Shown: positions 1-10,284 of the stretch, piece after piece | Layout: each line of letters begins with the position of its first letter | Position numbering within the stretch: the first letter of the stretch is position 1 | Source of the DNA: a virus | Length of the DNA stretch: 64,000 nucleotides | Virus record (IMG/VR): IMGVR_UViG_3300022916_000005 | Strand: one strand, 5' to 3' | Program-made: the position numbers and the translations under genes | The notes under the pieces: generated by a model | What the model was told of the DNA's origin: nothing | The model's input: only the letters and a program-made list of their open reading frames with translations | The model's database searches: none

Positions 1-32
1 ATACAAGAGGCAAAGAGGCTCGCTGGTAATTT

Positions 33-869
33 ATGAGCGAGTATAAAGAAGTTAAAGTATTAGATAAGGGATTTGTGCAGCTAATTGACACGATGGGGGA
101 TGATCGCTCCATCTGTCAATCTGCACGAGTTTCCTACAGCGGAGGGAAGTTGAAAAACAAATCTTCGGACGAAAAGCTTATTCGATACTTAATGAGAAAT
201 TCTCATTGGTCTCCTTTCGAAATGTGTCAAATAAAGTTGCACATGAAGATGCCGATTTTTGTTGCAAGACAATTTTATACTTATCGGGCAAGTTCTCGAA
301 ACGAAATCTCTGGGAGATATTCAAAATTGGAAAGCAACTTTTTCATTCCCGAAGAGAGTCGTATTTTTGGGCAAGGAGTTTTAAATAAACAAGGTAGCGA
401 GAAACCCCTTGAGGAAGAAATTCAAAAGCAAAGTGTTGAATTAATACAAAAAAGCGTTAACGATTCGGCAAAAGCGTACGAAGCTTTATTGGAAAGCGGA
501 GTTTCAAGAGAGATTTCGAGAGTGGTACTCCCGACCTCTATTTATACAGAATTCTATTGGAGCATGAATCTTCGTAATATATTCAATTTTTTGAGTCAAA
601 GACTTGACGAACATGCCCAAATTGAAATTCGAGAGTATGCAAAAGTAATTTACGAAATTGTTAAAGAATGGGTTCCAATTGCTTTGAGTGCGTTTGAAGA
701 TTATAATCTAAATGCAACTACTTTCTCTGCACAAGAAATTGAGATTTTGAGAAGCGTGTTACAGTCACACATCATGGCAGAAACATTCAGTTCTGCCATC
801 AATAAAGAAAATAACTTAAAAGGTTCTGAAAAAGTTGAATTTTTGAAAAAAATAAACAAAATGGTGTAA
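33..869 (+). CDS. thyX: FAD-dependent thymidylate synthase ThyX
   Basis: ARVSY, H.SPFE, RQ..xxR..S.NEISGRY, E.SR.VLP and HAQ.EIR motifs. Confidence 0.92.
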   Translation: MSEYKEVKVLDKGFVQLIDTMGDDRSICQSARVSYSGGKLKNKSSDEKLIRYLMRNSHWSPFEMCQIKLHMKMPIFVARQFYTYRASSRNEISGRYSKLESNFFIPEESRIFGQGVLNKQGSEKPLEEEIQKQSVELIQKSVNDSAKAYEALLESGVSREISRVVLPTSIYTEFYWSMNLRNIFNFLSQRLDEHAQIEIREYAKVIYEIVKEWVPIALSAFEDYNLNATTFSAQEIEILRSVLQSHIMAETFSSAINKENNLKGSEKVEFLKKINKMV

Positions 870-917
870 AGATTCCCATCTTCGTTACTACTTAATGGTA
901 TAAGGGAGGAAGAGAAA

Positions 918-1958
918 ATGGAATATTATGTTTATTTATTGATCGACCCAAGAGACGAAACTGTATTTTACGTTGGGAAGGGAAGCGGAAATAGAATGAG
1001 GCACCATATCAATGCTGTGAAGAGAGGACAGTACCCAAACGGGACAAATGCTAAACTATATTCAAAAATTAAGAAAATATTAAATGAAGGATATGAGGAT
1101 GTTGAATATAAAAAGGAGTTTGAATGTTTGGATGAACAGACCGTGTATGACAGAGAAAAGGAAGAGATTGAAAAATATGGGTTAGGGAATTTGTGTAACC
1201 TCGAAGGTGGTGGAGGAAAAGCATATGAAGTTTCTAAAGAAACAAGAGAGAAATTAAGTCAAGCAACCAAAAATTACTACAAAAATCATCCAAATGAAAA
1301 GAGAAATCGAGATCCCCTCAAAGAGGATGAATGCAGGAAAAAAATTAGTGAATCATTAAAGAAGCATTACAAAGAACATCCAGAAGCAATCGAAAATCTT
1401 AGGAAGAAAGCAACAGGTAGACGACACAGCGAAGAGACGAAAGAAAAGATTTCAAAAAACTCAAGAAGGCCAGAAAATATAAAGATTTCTAGTGAAAATT
1501 TGAAAAAAGCTCGGGCAACTCCACAGACAAAGGAGCAAAGGGAACGAGCAACAGAGACGAAGAGAAATAACGGAAAACCCTGGCATTCGGAAGCGACTCT
1601 CGAAAAACTTAGAAAGCCCAGAAGCGAAGAGTTTAGAGAAAGTTGTCGAGGGAAAAACAATCACTTTTTTGGAAAAAAACATACAAAAGAAACTACAGAC
1701 AAAGCATCAGAAAAATTAAAGTTAGTTTATTATGTTCTAGATCCTTTGGGGAATTTGTATACGATTATAGGGACAAAAGGAATGAGAGATTTTTTTTACG
1801 GAGATGATGGAATAAACAAGAACGTAAAGAGTTGGAAAGATAAAGTTAATTTACAAGAGATAAAAAGAGTTGGAAATTATAAGGGTTGGGTAATTGAAAA
1901 AAAGATAAGCCTTTATGAACACAACTTGTTAACAAAAGGACAATATGACACATTTTGA
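918..1958 (+). CDS. Free-standing GIY-YIG homing endonuclease with NUMOD3-type DNA-binding repeats
   Basis: N-terminal YYVYLLIDPR...FYVGKG...R motif; repeated HSEETKEKIS / N.FFGKKHTKET motifs. Confidence 0.8.
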   Translation: MEYYVYLLIDPRDETVFYVGKGSGNRMRHHINAVKRGQYPNGTNAKLYSKIKKILNEGYEDVEYKKEFECLDEQTVYDREKEEIEKYGLGNLCNLEGGGGKAYEVSKETREKLSQATKNYYKNHPNEKRNRDPLKEDECRKKISESLKKHYKEHPEAIENLRKKATGRRHSEETKEKISKNSRRPENIKISSENLKKARATPQTKEQRERATETKRNNGKPWHSEATLEKLRKPRSEEFRESCRGKNNHFFGKKHTKETTDKASEKLKLVYYVLDPLGNLYTIIGTKGMRDFFYGDDGINKNVKSWKDKVNLQEIKRVGNYKGWVIEKKISLYEHNLLTKGQYDTF

Positions 1959-2124
1959 GCAATTTATCGATATGCTAGAATGGGCAGAAATTAAATATAC
2001 AACAACTACAAGATATGATTCTGTTTATGTTGTGTTTACAAAGGCAGATGCAGAGGCGTGTTTTACATTTGATGGTGATGGTAATTTAAATTATGTAGAT
2101 ACAGAATCATTAGTAGAAGACTAA
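1945..2124 (+). CDS. Hypothetical protein (59 aa)
   Basis: AAAGGA RBS, ATG overlapping the upstream gene, open frame filling the gap before the helicase. Confidence 0.5.
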   Translation: MTHFEQFIDMLEWAEIKYTTTTRYDSVYVVFTKADAEACFTFDGDGNLNYVDTESLVED

Positions 2125-2145
2125 CATTAATAAGGAAAAACATAT

Positions 2146-4095
2146 ATGACAAATAATGAAACATTTTCAAGATTTGGGAAGGGCTTTCAAGAGAATGTAG
2201 TACACTTGCTGTTACTTGACAGGGCCTTTGCGGATCAATTTGGGGAGTTGTTAGAGTATAGTTTTTTTGAGTATGAATATCTAAGAACATTTATTCATCT
2301 CATTTTTGACTATCGACATAAATACAAGACTCACCCAACATATAAAATTATTGAAGTTCTATTGAGAACAGAGTTGGATAAAGAAATTGAACTTGTTCAA
2401 GAACAGGTTAGGGGATTCTATGCCAAAATTAAGTTATCTGTAGAGATTGAGGGGGCAGAATATACAAAAGAGAAAGCTATTGACTTTGCCAAGGGGCAGA
2501 AGTTAAAGGCAGCTATTTTACAATCTGTTCCGTTGATTGAAGAGGCCAATGAGGCATCGTATGATAAGATTAAGAAGATTGTTAATGATGCTCTAAAGTT
2601 AGGTGTCGATAACAATCTGGGTCAAGATCTCATCATCGATTTCGAGAAGAGATACGAAGATAAGATGAGAAAAGAGATCCCTACTGGTTGGGAAGAAGTT
2701 GACAAGATTACTCAAGGTGGCCTTGGTAAGGGCGAAATGGGAGTGGTAATTTCGACCAGTGGGGGCGGAAAATGTCAATTTTACGATACAAATGTTGACA
2801 TTAAATGGAACAATACCAACAAGTTAGAAACAATCCAAATTGGTGAATTATTCAAAAAACTTGATATCAAAATTGAAGAAGATAATACAATTAAGAATGA
2901 CTTTGTCGATATTAGTGTAAGAACTCTCAATGGATATCGAAAGATTGAAGCGTTTTATAATTCTCCAAAATTAGCAAGTAGAGAGATCTTTCTTGAAAAT
3001 GGTATGAGTTTGAGAGGATCGTATGAACATCGAGTAATGTGTAAACTTAAAATTAACTTAAGAAAAGGTTTAGTTGCAAAAGATCAAGGAGGATATGTTC
3101 ACGTCCGAGCGGAAGATTTGACAATGGAAGATATCGCTTGTTCAGAAACTTTGACTACATATAATTACGTTCATATGAAGAATTTAAGTGTCGGGAGTCT
3201 TGTTGAAACAATTTCTGGCCTTTCGAGAATAAAAGAAATAAAAGATCACGAAGAAGAACACATCCTGTACGACTTTCAGGTAGAAGAAGTACATTGCTTA
3301 TATACTAATGGCATTTTAAGTCATAACTCAATGGCGATGGTTCACTTGGCCGCAACAGCACTTCAAGATGGGAAGAATGTAATTTATTATACATTAGAAT
3401 TGTCAGAGGAAGTTGTCGATTTGAGATTCGACAGTTTTTTTTCAGGAGTTCCTCTTAACGATTTGAAGACATTTAAGGATCTTGTATTTGAGGAGGTAAA
3501 AAAGAAATATAAGGGAAAGTTGCTGACAAAATATTACCCTCCAATGAGTGCAACTCTTAATACTTTACGTAATCATCTTGAAAAGGTTAAGCAAAGAGGA
3601 GTTAAAATTGATTTAATTATTGTAGATTATGCAGATCGAATCAAGCCAATGGGGAATAGAAATGGTGGAGAGAAAAGACACGAACTAGAAGAGATTTATG
3701 AAGAGTTGCGAGGTATTGCAGGGGAGAACGAGTGTACTCTTTATACCTGTTCACAGACAAATCGTGGAGGATTAAATGCCGAAGTCATTACAATGGACAG
3801 TATTAGCGAGGCATATAACAAGTGTTTCCCTGCCGACTTGATTGTCACTATTTCAAGAACTATTGAAGACAGAGCATCAAATAGTGGGAAGATGTTCATT
3901 GCAAAGAACAGATTTGGTGTTGATTCGATTGTCTACGATATGGAAATTGATACATCTCTTGTCAAATTGAAGGTTCTTGATAAGATTGATAAGTCAATTA
4001 AAGACATCAACAAGAAGAGCGAAGAAGAAGAAAAAGTAGCTTTGCTAGAGAAGTATAGAAAATTCAAAGAAGGAAGAGCAAAGAATGGCAGTTAA
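2146..4095 (+). CDS. DnaB/T4 gp41-like replicative helicase containing an intein
   Basis: IPTGW..D....GGL..GE, Walker A GGGK|S split by the intein, LIIVDYAD, SQTNR, KNRFG. Confidence 0.9.
   Translation: MTNNETFSRFGKGFQENVVHLLLLDRAFADQFGELLEYSFFEYEYLRTFIHLIFDYRHKYKTHPTYKIIEVLLRTELDKEIELVQEQVRGFYAKIKLSVEIEGAEYTKEKAIDFAKGQKLKAAILQSVPLIEEANEASYDKIKKIVNDALKLGVDNNLGQDLIIDFEKRYEDKMRKEIPTGWEEVDKITQGGLGKGEMGVVISTSGGGKCQFYDTNVDIKWNNTNKLETIQIGELFKKLDIKIEEDNTIKNDFVDISVRTLNGYRKIEAFYNSPKLASREIFLENGMSLRGSYEHRVMCKLKINLRKGLVAKDQGGYVHVRAEDLTMEDIACSETLTTYNYVHMKNLSVGSLVETISGLSRIKEIKDHEEEHILYDFQVEEVHCLYTNGILSHNSMAMVHLAATALQDGKNVIYYTLELSEEVVDLRFDSFFSGVPLNDLKTFKDLVFEEVKKKYKGKLLTKYYPPMSATLNTLRNHLEKVKQRGVKIDLIIVDYADRIKPMGNRNGGEKRHELEEIYEELRGIAGENECTLYTCSQTNRGGLNAEVITMDSISEAYNKCFPADLIVTISRTIEDRASNSGKMFIAKNRFGVDSIVYDMEIDTSLVKLKVLDKIDKSIKDINKKSEEEEKVALLEKYRKFKEGRAKNGS
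2773..3327 (+). mobile_element. Mini-intein (185 aa, no endonuclease domain) in the helicase P-loop
   Basis: Starts Cys after GGGK; block B-like GSYEH; block F/G LYDFQVEEVH..YTNGILSHN followed by Ser. Confidence 0.9.
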
Positions 4096-4438
4096 TTTCA
4101 AAGTAGGTGATATTGTCAAATTTGAAAAGATATTGGATGCATATGAAAAAGTTGTAAGTGATATGTCTCGTCAACTTGCAGAAGAAATTGATAAGATGAT
4201 TCTTGAAGATTTGCTTAGAATGTCTGGAGTAGACGAAACATTCTTAAATGACGAAAAGTTTACTACAGTAGAAGAAAAAGAGGAGACCCCTGACAACGTA
4301 GTCAAACAATATCAATATGGGATTATTGTAAAGATAAAGGAAGAATGGTATTGTGAAGTTAGAGTATTTGGTGAAAAGAAAATTGAGAATATTAGATTTG
4401 ATGAATTAACAAAAGCCAAGTGGATAAATTCTCCTTGA
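4085..4438 (+). CDS. Small KVGD-family hypothetical protein
   Basis: FKVGDIV start, YGIIV motif. Confidence 0.6.
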   Translation: MAVNFKVGDIVKFEKILDAYEKVVSDMSRQLAEEIDKMILEDLLRMSGVDETFLNDEKFTTVEEKEETPDNVVKQYQYGIIVKIKEEWYCEVRVFGEKKIENIRFDELTKAKWINSP

Positions 4439-4463
4439 CCTTTTGTTATAAATATATTATAAT
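4435..4463 (+). promoter_or_regulatory. sigma70-type promoter; leaderless start at 4470
   Basis: TTGACC-17-TATAAT with ATG 6 nt downstream. Confidence 0.75.
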
Positions 4464-4469
4464 GTATGT

Positions 4470-4688
4470 ATGGAAAACAAATATCTATTAAAGACTGGAG
4501 ATTTTATTGTCATAAGTGGGTATGATCAGTATGAAGATGAAAACCCACATTTGCAATACGGAATTGTGGTAGATAGGGAATGCGATCTTTTGAGAGTTAG
4601 GATTCTCGGGGAAAGTCGAGTGAAGAATATATATCTTGCGTTTCACAATTTTGAATATTGGAACATCTTGGAGGATAAGGATGATTGA
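4470..4688 (+). CDS. Small KVGD-family hypothetical protein
   Basis: KTGDFIV..YGIVV..YWNILEDK; paralog of the next gene. Confidence 0.6.
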   Translation: MENKYLLKTGDFIVISGYDQYEDENPHLQYGIVVDRECDLLRVRILGESRVKNIYLAFHNFEYWNILEDKDD

Positions 4689-4881
4689 CAAACCAAAGAT
4701 CGGAGATTTTATTGTTGCAGAATACAATTCTTTAAAATGGTATGGAATTATCACAGAGATAAGTAATACCAATGATTGGCATCATGTAAATTATTGTTGT
4801 AAACGTATTGGGAGTAAGAAAATATATAATTTGGGATGTAGAGAAAGTCTTTCATATTGGAACATCTTGGAGGACAAATGA
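4681..4881 (+). CDS. Small KVGD-family hypothetical protein
   Basis: KIGDFIV..YGII..YWNILEDK. Confidence 0.6.
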   Translation: MIDKPKIGDFIVAEYNSLKWYGIITEISNTNDWHHVNYCCKRIGSKKIYNLGCRESLSYWNILEDK

Positions 4882-5093
4882 GATCACTGTATAATGTAGG
4901 AGATTTTGTTAAGAGAGTTTCAACTTCGTCCTATTGGTCTTGGCACGGAGTCATAGTTGAGAAATATAGCTCAGAGTATTATGGGACTACTTACAAAGTA
5001 AGACAGCTCTTCCCATCAAATACAGAGATAGTTGTTTCAGACACTTATAATATGACGATTTGGTTTGACACAAAAGGAGAGCAAAATGATTAA
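4878..5093 (+). CDS. Small KVGD-family hypothetical protein
   Basis: YNVGDFV..HGVIV; overlaps the upstream stop. Confidence 0.55.
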   Translation: MRSLYNVGDFVKRVSTSSYWSWHGVIVEKYSSEYYGTTYKVRQLFPSNTEIVVSDTYNMTIWFDTKGEQND

Positions 5094-5433
5094 AAGAGAA
5101 TTAGAAGAAGCAATTAAACATATTGCAAATTATATTGAGAGTGAAGATTTGATATGGGACGAACAAGAGTTAGAAAATCTTACAAAATATAGAATCGAGA
5201 TCGAAACATTTGAAGAGAAGAAGTATGTAGTAATGGTAACATACCTAAACGATCAGTTATCAAGTTTAACAATCTCTGACAACAGAGGGGAAAGGATTAT
5301 TCATCAACCCACGTTTACCTTGGATGATGGGAACTTTATTCAAGACAGATTTGAAATTAAGACCAGAAATAAAAGACACCTTGCCTTTCTGGCATTCAAT
5401 GATGAAATGAAAGAATTGGCAAAATTATCATGA
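5086..5433 (+). CDS. Hypothetical protein
   Basis: AAGGAG RBS, coupled ORF. Confidence 0.55.
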   Translation: MIKRELEEAIKHIANYIESEDLIWDEQELENLTKYRIEIETFEEKKYVVMVTYLNDQLSSLTISDNRGERIIHQPTFTLDDGNFIQDRFEIKTRNKRHLAFLAFNDEMKELAKLS

Positions 5434-5639
5434 ATAGGGGCGATTTTGTTATTGCTTACAGCGAATCTGTCGGATACGCTAAACAGTTTTATGGAATAAA
5501 CACTACAGAACAAAATGGGGCTTTACGCCATCAAGTGATGTACTGTAGAGTGTGGGACTTAAAAGGCAGAATCCACAGATATATTCTACGTAAAGAAGTT
5601 AAGGTTTTGATTAAATATGAAAAGGGAGAAAATATATGA
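5430..5639 (+). CDS. Small hypothetical protein (RGDFV variant of the KVGD family)
   Basis: ATGA overlap with both neighbours. Confidence 0.5.
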   Translation: MNRGDFVIAYSESVGYAKQFYGINTTEQNGALRHQVMYCRVWDLKGRIHRYILRKEVKVLIKYEKGENI

Positions 5640-8071
5640 ATCAAGAAGAAGTATATAATAAAACATTAGAGTATTATGAAGGAGATATTTTAGCGACAGA
5701 ATCATGGATTAATAAATATGCATTAAGGGATAATGATAGCAACCTTGTAGAATCAACTCCTGACAACATGCACCGAAGACTTGCCAAAGAGTTTGCGAGA
5801 ATTGAACAGAATTATTCAAATCCTTTGACAGAAGAAGAGATCTATAGTTACTTTAAGGATTTCAATTCAATTGTTCCTCAAGGTTCTCCAATGTATGGAA
5901 TTGGGAACAATACGAGTTTGATGAGTTTGTCAAACTGTGTGGTTGTTGCTCCTCCAAAAGATAGTGTATCTGGGATCATCAATACTTCGAGAGACTTGGC
6001 AAACCTATACAAGAACAGATGTGGCGTTGGAACAGACATTTCAACATTAAGGCCAGAAGGAGAGAGGGTAAATAACTCGGCAGGAACTACAACTGGTGCT
6101 TGGAGTTTTGCAGATTTCTATTCGTATGTAACAAACATGATTGGGCAGAATGGTAGACGATCAGCGTTGATGCTTACAATGGATGTTTCTCACCCAGATA
6201 TTGAGAAGTTCATCACAATGAAGACAGATCTGTCAAAAGTGACAGGTGCCAATATTACTGTTAAACTATCAGACAAATTCATGAATGCCGTTTTTGCAGA
6301 CAAAATGTTTGATCTTGTATTCGATGGTAAAGTTTATAAGACAGTTAATGCCAGGAGTTTGTTTAAGTTAATTGGAGAGACTGCGACAACAACAGGCGAA
6401 CCTGGAGTTTCATTTTGGGATCGTATTCTTGAAGATAATCCTCTACAATGCTATAAGGATGATGGATTTAATCATGTTGGTTTAAATCCATGTGGAGAAT
6501 TATCCTTATCTCCTGACGATAGTTGTCGCTTAATTGCTATCAATCTTGTTAACTTTGTTCTTAATGCCTTTAGTGTCAAAGATGCAGTATTCGACATGAC
6601 ATCGTTCGAAAGAACTATCAGAGTTGCAACAAGACTGTCAGATGATCTTATCGACCTTGAGGTAGAAAAGCTTAACAAGATCATCAATCATGCAAGTGAA
6701 CAAGATGTAAAAGATGTCTTTATTCGCTTACGAGATACGGCACTGAAAGGTAGAAGAACAGGACTGGGTGTCTTTGGTTTGGCAGACATGCTTGCTAAAC
6801 TGACTCTCAAATATGATAGTCAAGAAGCCATTGATTTCGTAGAACATATGATGAACAGCTTCAAAAACACTGCCTATAGTGAAAGTACGAGACTTGCTAA
6901 AGAAAGAGGACCATTCCCAATTTGGAATTGGGAGAAGGAGAAGAACAATAAATTCATTAATAGCCTTGACAACGACGTTATTGAAGAGATTAAGACGTAT
7001 GGCAGGAGAAGTGGGGCTTCACTCACATGTGCCCCAAATGGCACCTCTGCCATCGTCTCAAGGGTATCTTCTGGTATTGAGCCAATGTTTAGATTCTCTT
7101 ATACGAGAAGACGTAAACTAAACGAAAATGAAAAAGATATTAGAGCAGACTTTGTTGATGATAGTGGTATTCGTTGGAAGGAGCATAAATACGTGCATCC
7201 TCTGATCGAAAAGTATATGAGAGATTTCGGCATCAAGGAAGAGAAAGATCTCCCAGAGTTCTTTACAACTTCAGATAAGATTGATTATACTCAAAGAATC
7301 AAGATGCAAGAGGCATTACAGAAGGGAATTGATCATCAAATTTCAAGTACGATCAATCTTCCAAAAGGAACCAAATCAGATGTTGTGTGTGACATCTATG
7401 AGAAGGCTTATGAGCACAACCTAAAGGGATTGACAGTATATGTTGATGGTTCAAGAGCAAACGTTCTTGTTGATAACACAACAGCAAGTGATGTAAACCA
7501 AGATAGATTTTCTCCCGACAGGCCAAAGGAGTTGCCGTGTAATATCTTTCAAACTGTCGTGTCTGGTAAGCCTTATATCTTCTTTGTTGGGTTATATGAT
7601 GGAAAGCCATTCGAGTTGTTTGGCGGAGAGCAGAAAAAAATTAGGTTGCCAAAGCGTTATGAATCTGGTACAATTATAAAGCATGAGAGGAAGACGGTAA
7701 GGAACAAGTATGATCTTGTTTTGACAGAAAAGAATTGTAAAGAGAATGGTACTGACTGTGATGAGATGGTTATTTCAGACATCGTTAATCAGTTCGACAA
7801 TGGGATTAATTTAGCTTTTGCGAGGATCATTTCGACGAGTTTGAGACACAAAGTACCAGTGAAGTTTATTGTTGAGCAGTTACAGAAGGAAACTGGCAAC
7901 ATGGATAATGATGGCTTGCACTCTTTTAATAAGGGTGCAGCAAGGGCATTAAAGCCTTATATTCTTGACAACGAGGGAGCAAATGGAGTCTGTGAAGAGT
8001 GTGGATCAACCAATCTCAGATATGAGGGAGGATGCATTATTTGTGAATGCGGAAGCAGTAAATGTGGGTGA
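5636..8071 (+). CDS. nrdJ: Class II (adenosylcobalamin-dependent) ribonucleotide reductase
   Basis: SLSNC, NPCGE active site, RRTGLG, APNGT..IEP, C-terminal TSCPD-like region and CxxC..CxC.SKC Zn ribbon; no NrdB in the window. Confidence 0.88.
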   Translation: MNQEEVYNKTLEYYEGDILATESWINKYALRDNDSNLVESTPDNMHRRLAKEFARIEQNYSNPLTEEEIYSYFKDFNSIVPQGSPMYGIGNNTSLMSLSNCVVVAPPKDSVSGIINTSRDLANLYKNRCGVGTDISTLRPEGERVNNSAGTTTGAWSFADFYSYVTNMIGQNGRRSALMLTMDVSHPDIEKFITMKTDLSKVTGANITVKLSDKFMNAVFADKMFDLVFDGKVYKTVNARSLFKLIGETATTTGEPGVSFWDRILEDNPLQCYKDDGFNHVGLNPCGELSLSPDDSCRLIAINLVNFVLNAFSVKDAVFDMTSFERTIRVATRLSDDLIDLEVEKLNKIINHASEQDVKDVFIRLRDTALKGRRTGLGVFGLADMLAKLTLKYDSQEAIDFVEHMMNSFKNTAYSESTRLAKERGPFPIWNWEKEKNNKFINSLDNDVIEEIKTYGRRSGASLTCAPNGTSAIVSRVSSGIEPMFRFSYTRRRKLNENEKDIRADFVDDSGIRWKEHKYVHPLIEKYMRDFGIKEEKDLPEFFTTSDKIDYTQRIKMQEALQKGIDHQISSTINLPKGTKSDVVCDIYEKAYEHNLKGLTVYVDGSRANVLVDNTTASDVNQDRFSPDRPKELPCNIFQTVVSGKPYIFFVGLYDGKPFELFGGEQKKIRLPKRYESGTIIKHERKTVRNKYDLVLTEKNCKENGTDCDEMVISDIVNQFDNGINLAFARIISTSLRHKVPVKFIVEQLQKETGNMDNDGLHSFNKGAARALKPYILDNEGANGVCEECGSTNLRYEGGCIICECGSSKCG

Positions 8072-9450
8072 TCTCTTTATTGAGAAAAATTTAAACATAT
8101 ATGCTGTTTTGATTGGAGAGGATGAATTAAGCTATGAATTCAAAGAGTATTATGGAAATGGGAAGACTGACATCTTCTTTGTTGGAAAGCGAAATGTTTT
8201 TCATTATTATAAAAAAATCGTATAGTTGGTAACTAATGGATACAGTAAATGTTGGAGATATCTTGAGAGAAAATGAAACAGGGAGAATTGCAGTAGTTGT
8301 TGGTGTTATTTATGAAAGACAGAAAAAGTACCTCATTGAAGAACACCGTTCATCTTATGGCATTTTTAAATTTCAATTTGTACAAGATGATGTTTGGTAT
8401 TTTTATGATAGGATTGTAGAATACAAAGTTGGCAATTGATGATTGACAAAACCAAGGTAAGAGTGGGTTCGATCTTGAGAGAAAAGACAAGTGGAAGAAT
8501 TGCTTTCGTTTATAAAATGGAATCTTGTACTTATTCGAAAATTGCTCATGTAAAAGAACTCTCTGCTCTTGGGAAACCTAATTGGTCCTTTTTTATAGAC
8601 AATTTACAATATTACTATTCACCAATTATGTATTGAGGGCAATGTGGAAGGTAAATACAAAATAGGGGACATCTTTCGAGAAAGAGAAAGTGAAAACATT
8701 GCCATAATTGTAGGTCGAGTTCTTGAGTGGGATGAATATTGGGTTGACGAGTATCGTAAAGATGGGGGCATAAGTGAACTTTTATTTACAGAATATGGGA
8801 TAGAAAAATATTATTACAAGATAGAGATCGAAGATGTTTAATGATGGAATAAAAATGCACACATTACTAAAAGATAAGATGAATCGCAATCATTTGGCAA
8901 TCATTATTAATGATAATGCTTCTTTTTCTGGGTATTATAGAGTATTAGGATATGATATTACAGTAAAGCGATGGATACAGTATAGTCTGCATTGGCAAGC
9001 GATTAACAATTATTACGAGGCTTGGTAGTATGAAAAATAAATATAAAGTAGGGGATGTTTTACTCGATCCTGAAAGAAAGAATTTTGCTGTAGTTTTATC
9101 TGTAGTTAGACTTTCGGGTGGAGGATTTGCAGCCAAGATTAAAGAGTACAATCGTAGTATAAAACGGATAGAATTCTAAGAATTCTTTACCTTGACGTTT
9201 GCATATCTTGTTGGTCACTTTTCAAAAGTGGATATTAATTATTAAGATGGATACTAACAAACTAAGAGTAGGATCGATCTTGCGTGAAGATATTTCTAAA
9301 TGCAATTGTGTTATAGTGAAAATTGACTTTTCAAAAAAGGATCAAGATGTCGATCTTGTCCGTATTAAAGAATCTGAGGAAGCTACAAGAGAATTCTGGA
9401 ATTTCACCAGAATAAGAGTAGAAAATTATTACACTATCCTTATTTATTAA
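8043..9450 (+). other. Tandem cluster of ~7 small paralogous ORFs (8043-8225, 8236-8439, 8439-8636, 8644-8841, 8834-9028, 9030-9179, 9247-9450)
   Basis: Shared V/IG(D/S)IL.RE....IA.(V/I) start and C-terminal YY motif. Confidence 0.6.
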
Positions 9451-9475
9451 GGATAAAAACAAAAAGGGGATCAAA

Positions 9476-9676
9476 ATGGCGAGAGTAACTAGCATGAAGA
9501 CATTCTATTTAACAGAGGAAGAGATGAAAACAATTGTTGTCGAACACCTAAAACATACGGTGTTGAGAAGGGATACCAAAACGTTAAGTCATCTATACGA
9601 CAATTGGGAAACAATTAATATGGAATGGGTAGATGGAGAGTTTGCAATTTCAGTAGATGGAGAAATGGAGGCATAA
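9476..9676 (+). CDS. Hypothetical protein
   Basis: RBS and ORF. Confidence 0.55.
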   Translation: MARVTSMKTFYLTEEEMKTIVVEHLKHTVLRRDTKTLSHLYDNWETINMEWVDGEFAISVDGEMEA

Positions 9677-9677
9677 A

Positions 9678-9953
9678 ATGAAAAAAGAAGCAAAGACACT
9701 AACTTACAACAAAGAGAAGACCGAAGAGTTTGCAAAGCGATTATTCGCGATTCGTAGAGAAAAGAAGATTCTACAAGAGGATGAGAAGGAACTAAAGGCA
9801 GAGTTTAAAGAACACGTTCCGGTAAAGCTCGTAAACAAGATTATCAGAGTAGTTAAGCTGAAGATTGATATGCAGTATGAGGCAGCATCAGAAGAAACTA
9901 TTGAAGAGATTGAGGATATCATTGCGGATAGTATTGGCGCAATTATTGAATAA
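9678..9953 (+). CDS. Small coiled-coil protein, possibly DsbA/GapR-like DNA-binding protein
   Basis: RL..I..EK..L.ED.KELK.EFK pattern; weak resemblance only. Confidence 0.4.
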   Translation: MKKEAKTLTYNKEKTEEFAKRLFAIRREKKILQEDEKELKAEFKEHVPVKLVNKIIRVVKLKIDMQYEAASEETIEEIEDIIADSIGAIIE

Positions 9954-9966
9954 ATAAGGAGAAATT

Positions 9967-10284
9967 ATGATTAACAATAAGTTGTGGCCTGCTGGAAAAT
10001 ATGTCCTACTGGAGCCATACAAAGAAACTGGAGATATCGAAAGAGAAGCTGATCTTATTTATCTTCCAAAAGATCCAGATAAAGAAGAAGAAAGATATCA
10101 AACATTTGTCATTGACAGTTCTGGAGATAAGTGTGATAATGTTGTGTCTGGCGATAATGGCAAGATTGCAATTATTGACGTTTCAGGATTAGAACAGATG
10201 ACGATATTTGGGGAAACTATTCATTTTTGTTTGGAAGGGTCTGTTGTGGCGATGTTCGATCATGACGCGGCAGAAGAAGAGTAA
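9967..10284 (+). CDS. GroES/Cpn10-like co-chaperonin
   Basis: LWPAGKYVLLEP...IYLP...G..C...; 105 aa; terminal E..VVA. Confidence 0.55.
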   Translation: MINNKLWPAGKYVLLEPYKETGDIEREADLIYLPKDPDKEEERYQTFVIDSSGDKCDNVVSGDNGKIAIIDVSGLEQMTIFGETIHFCLEGSVVAMFDHDAAEEE

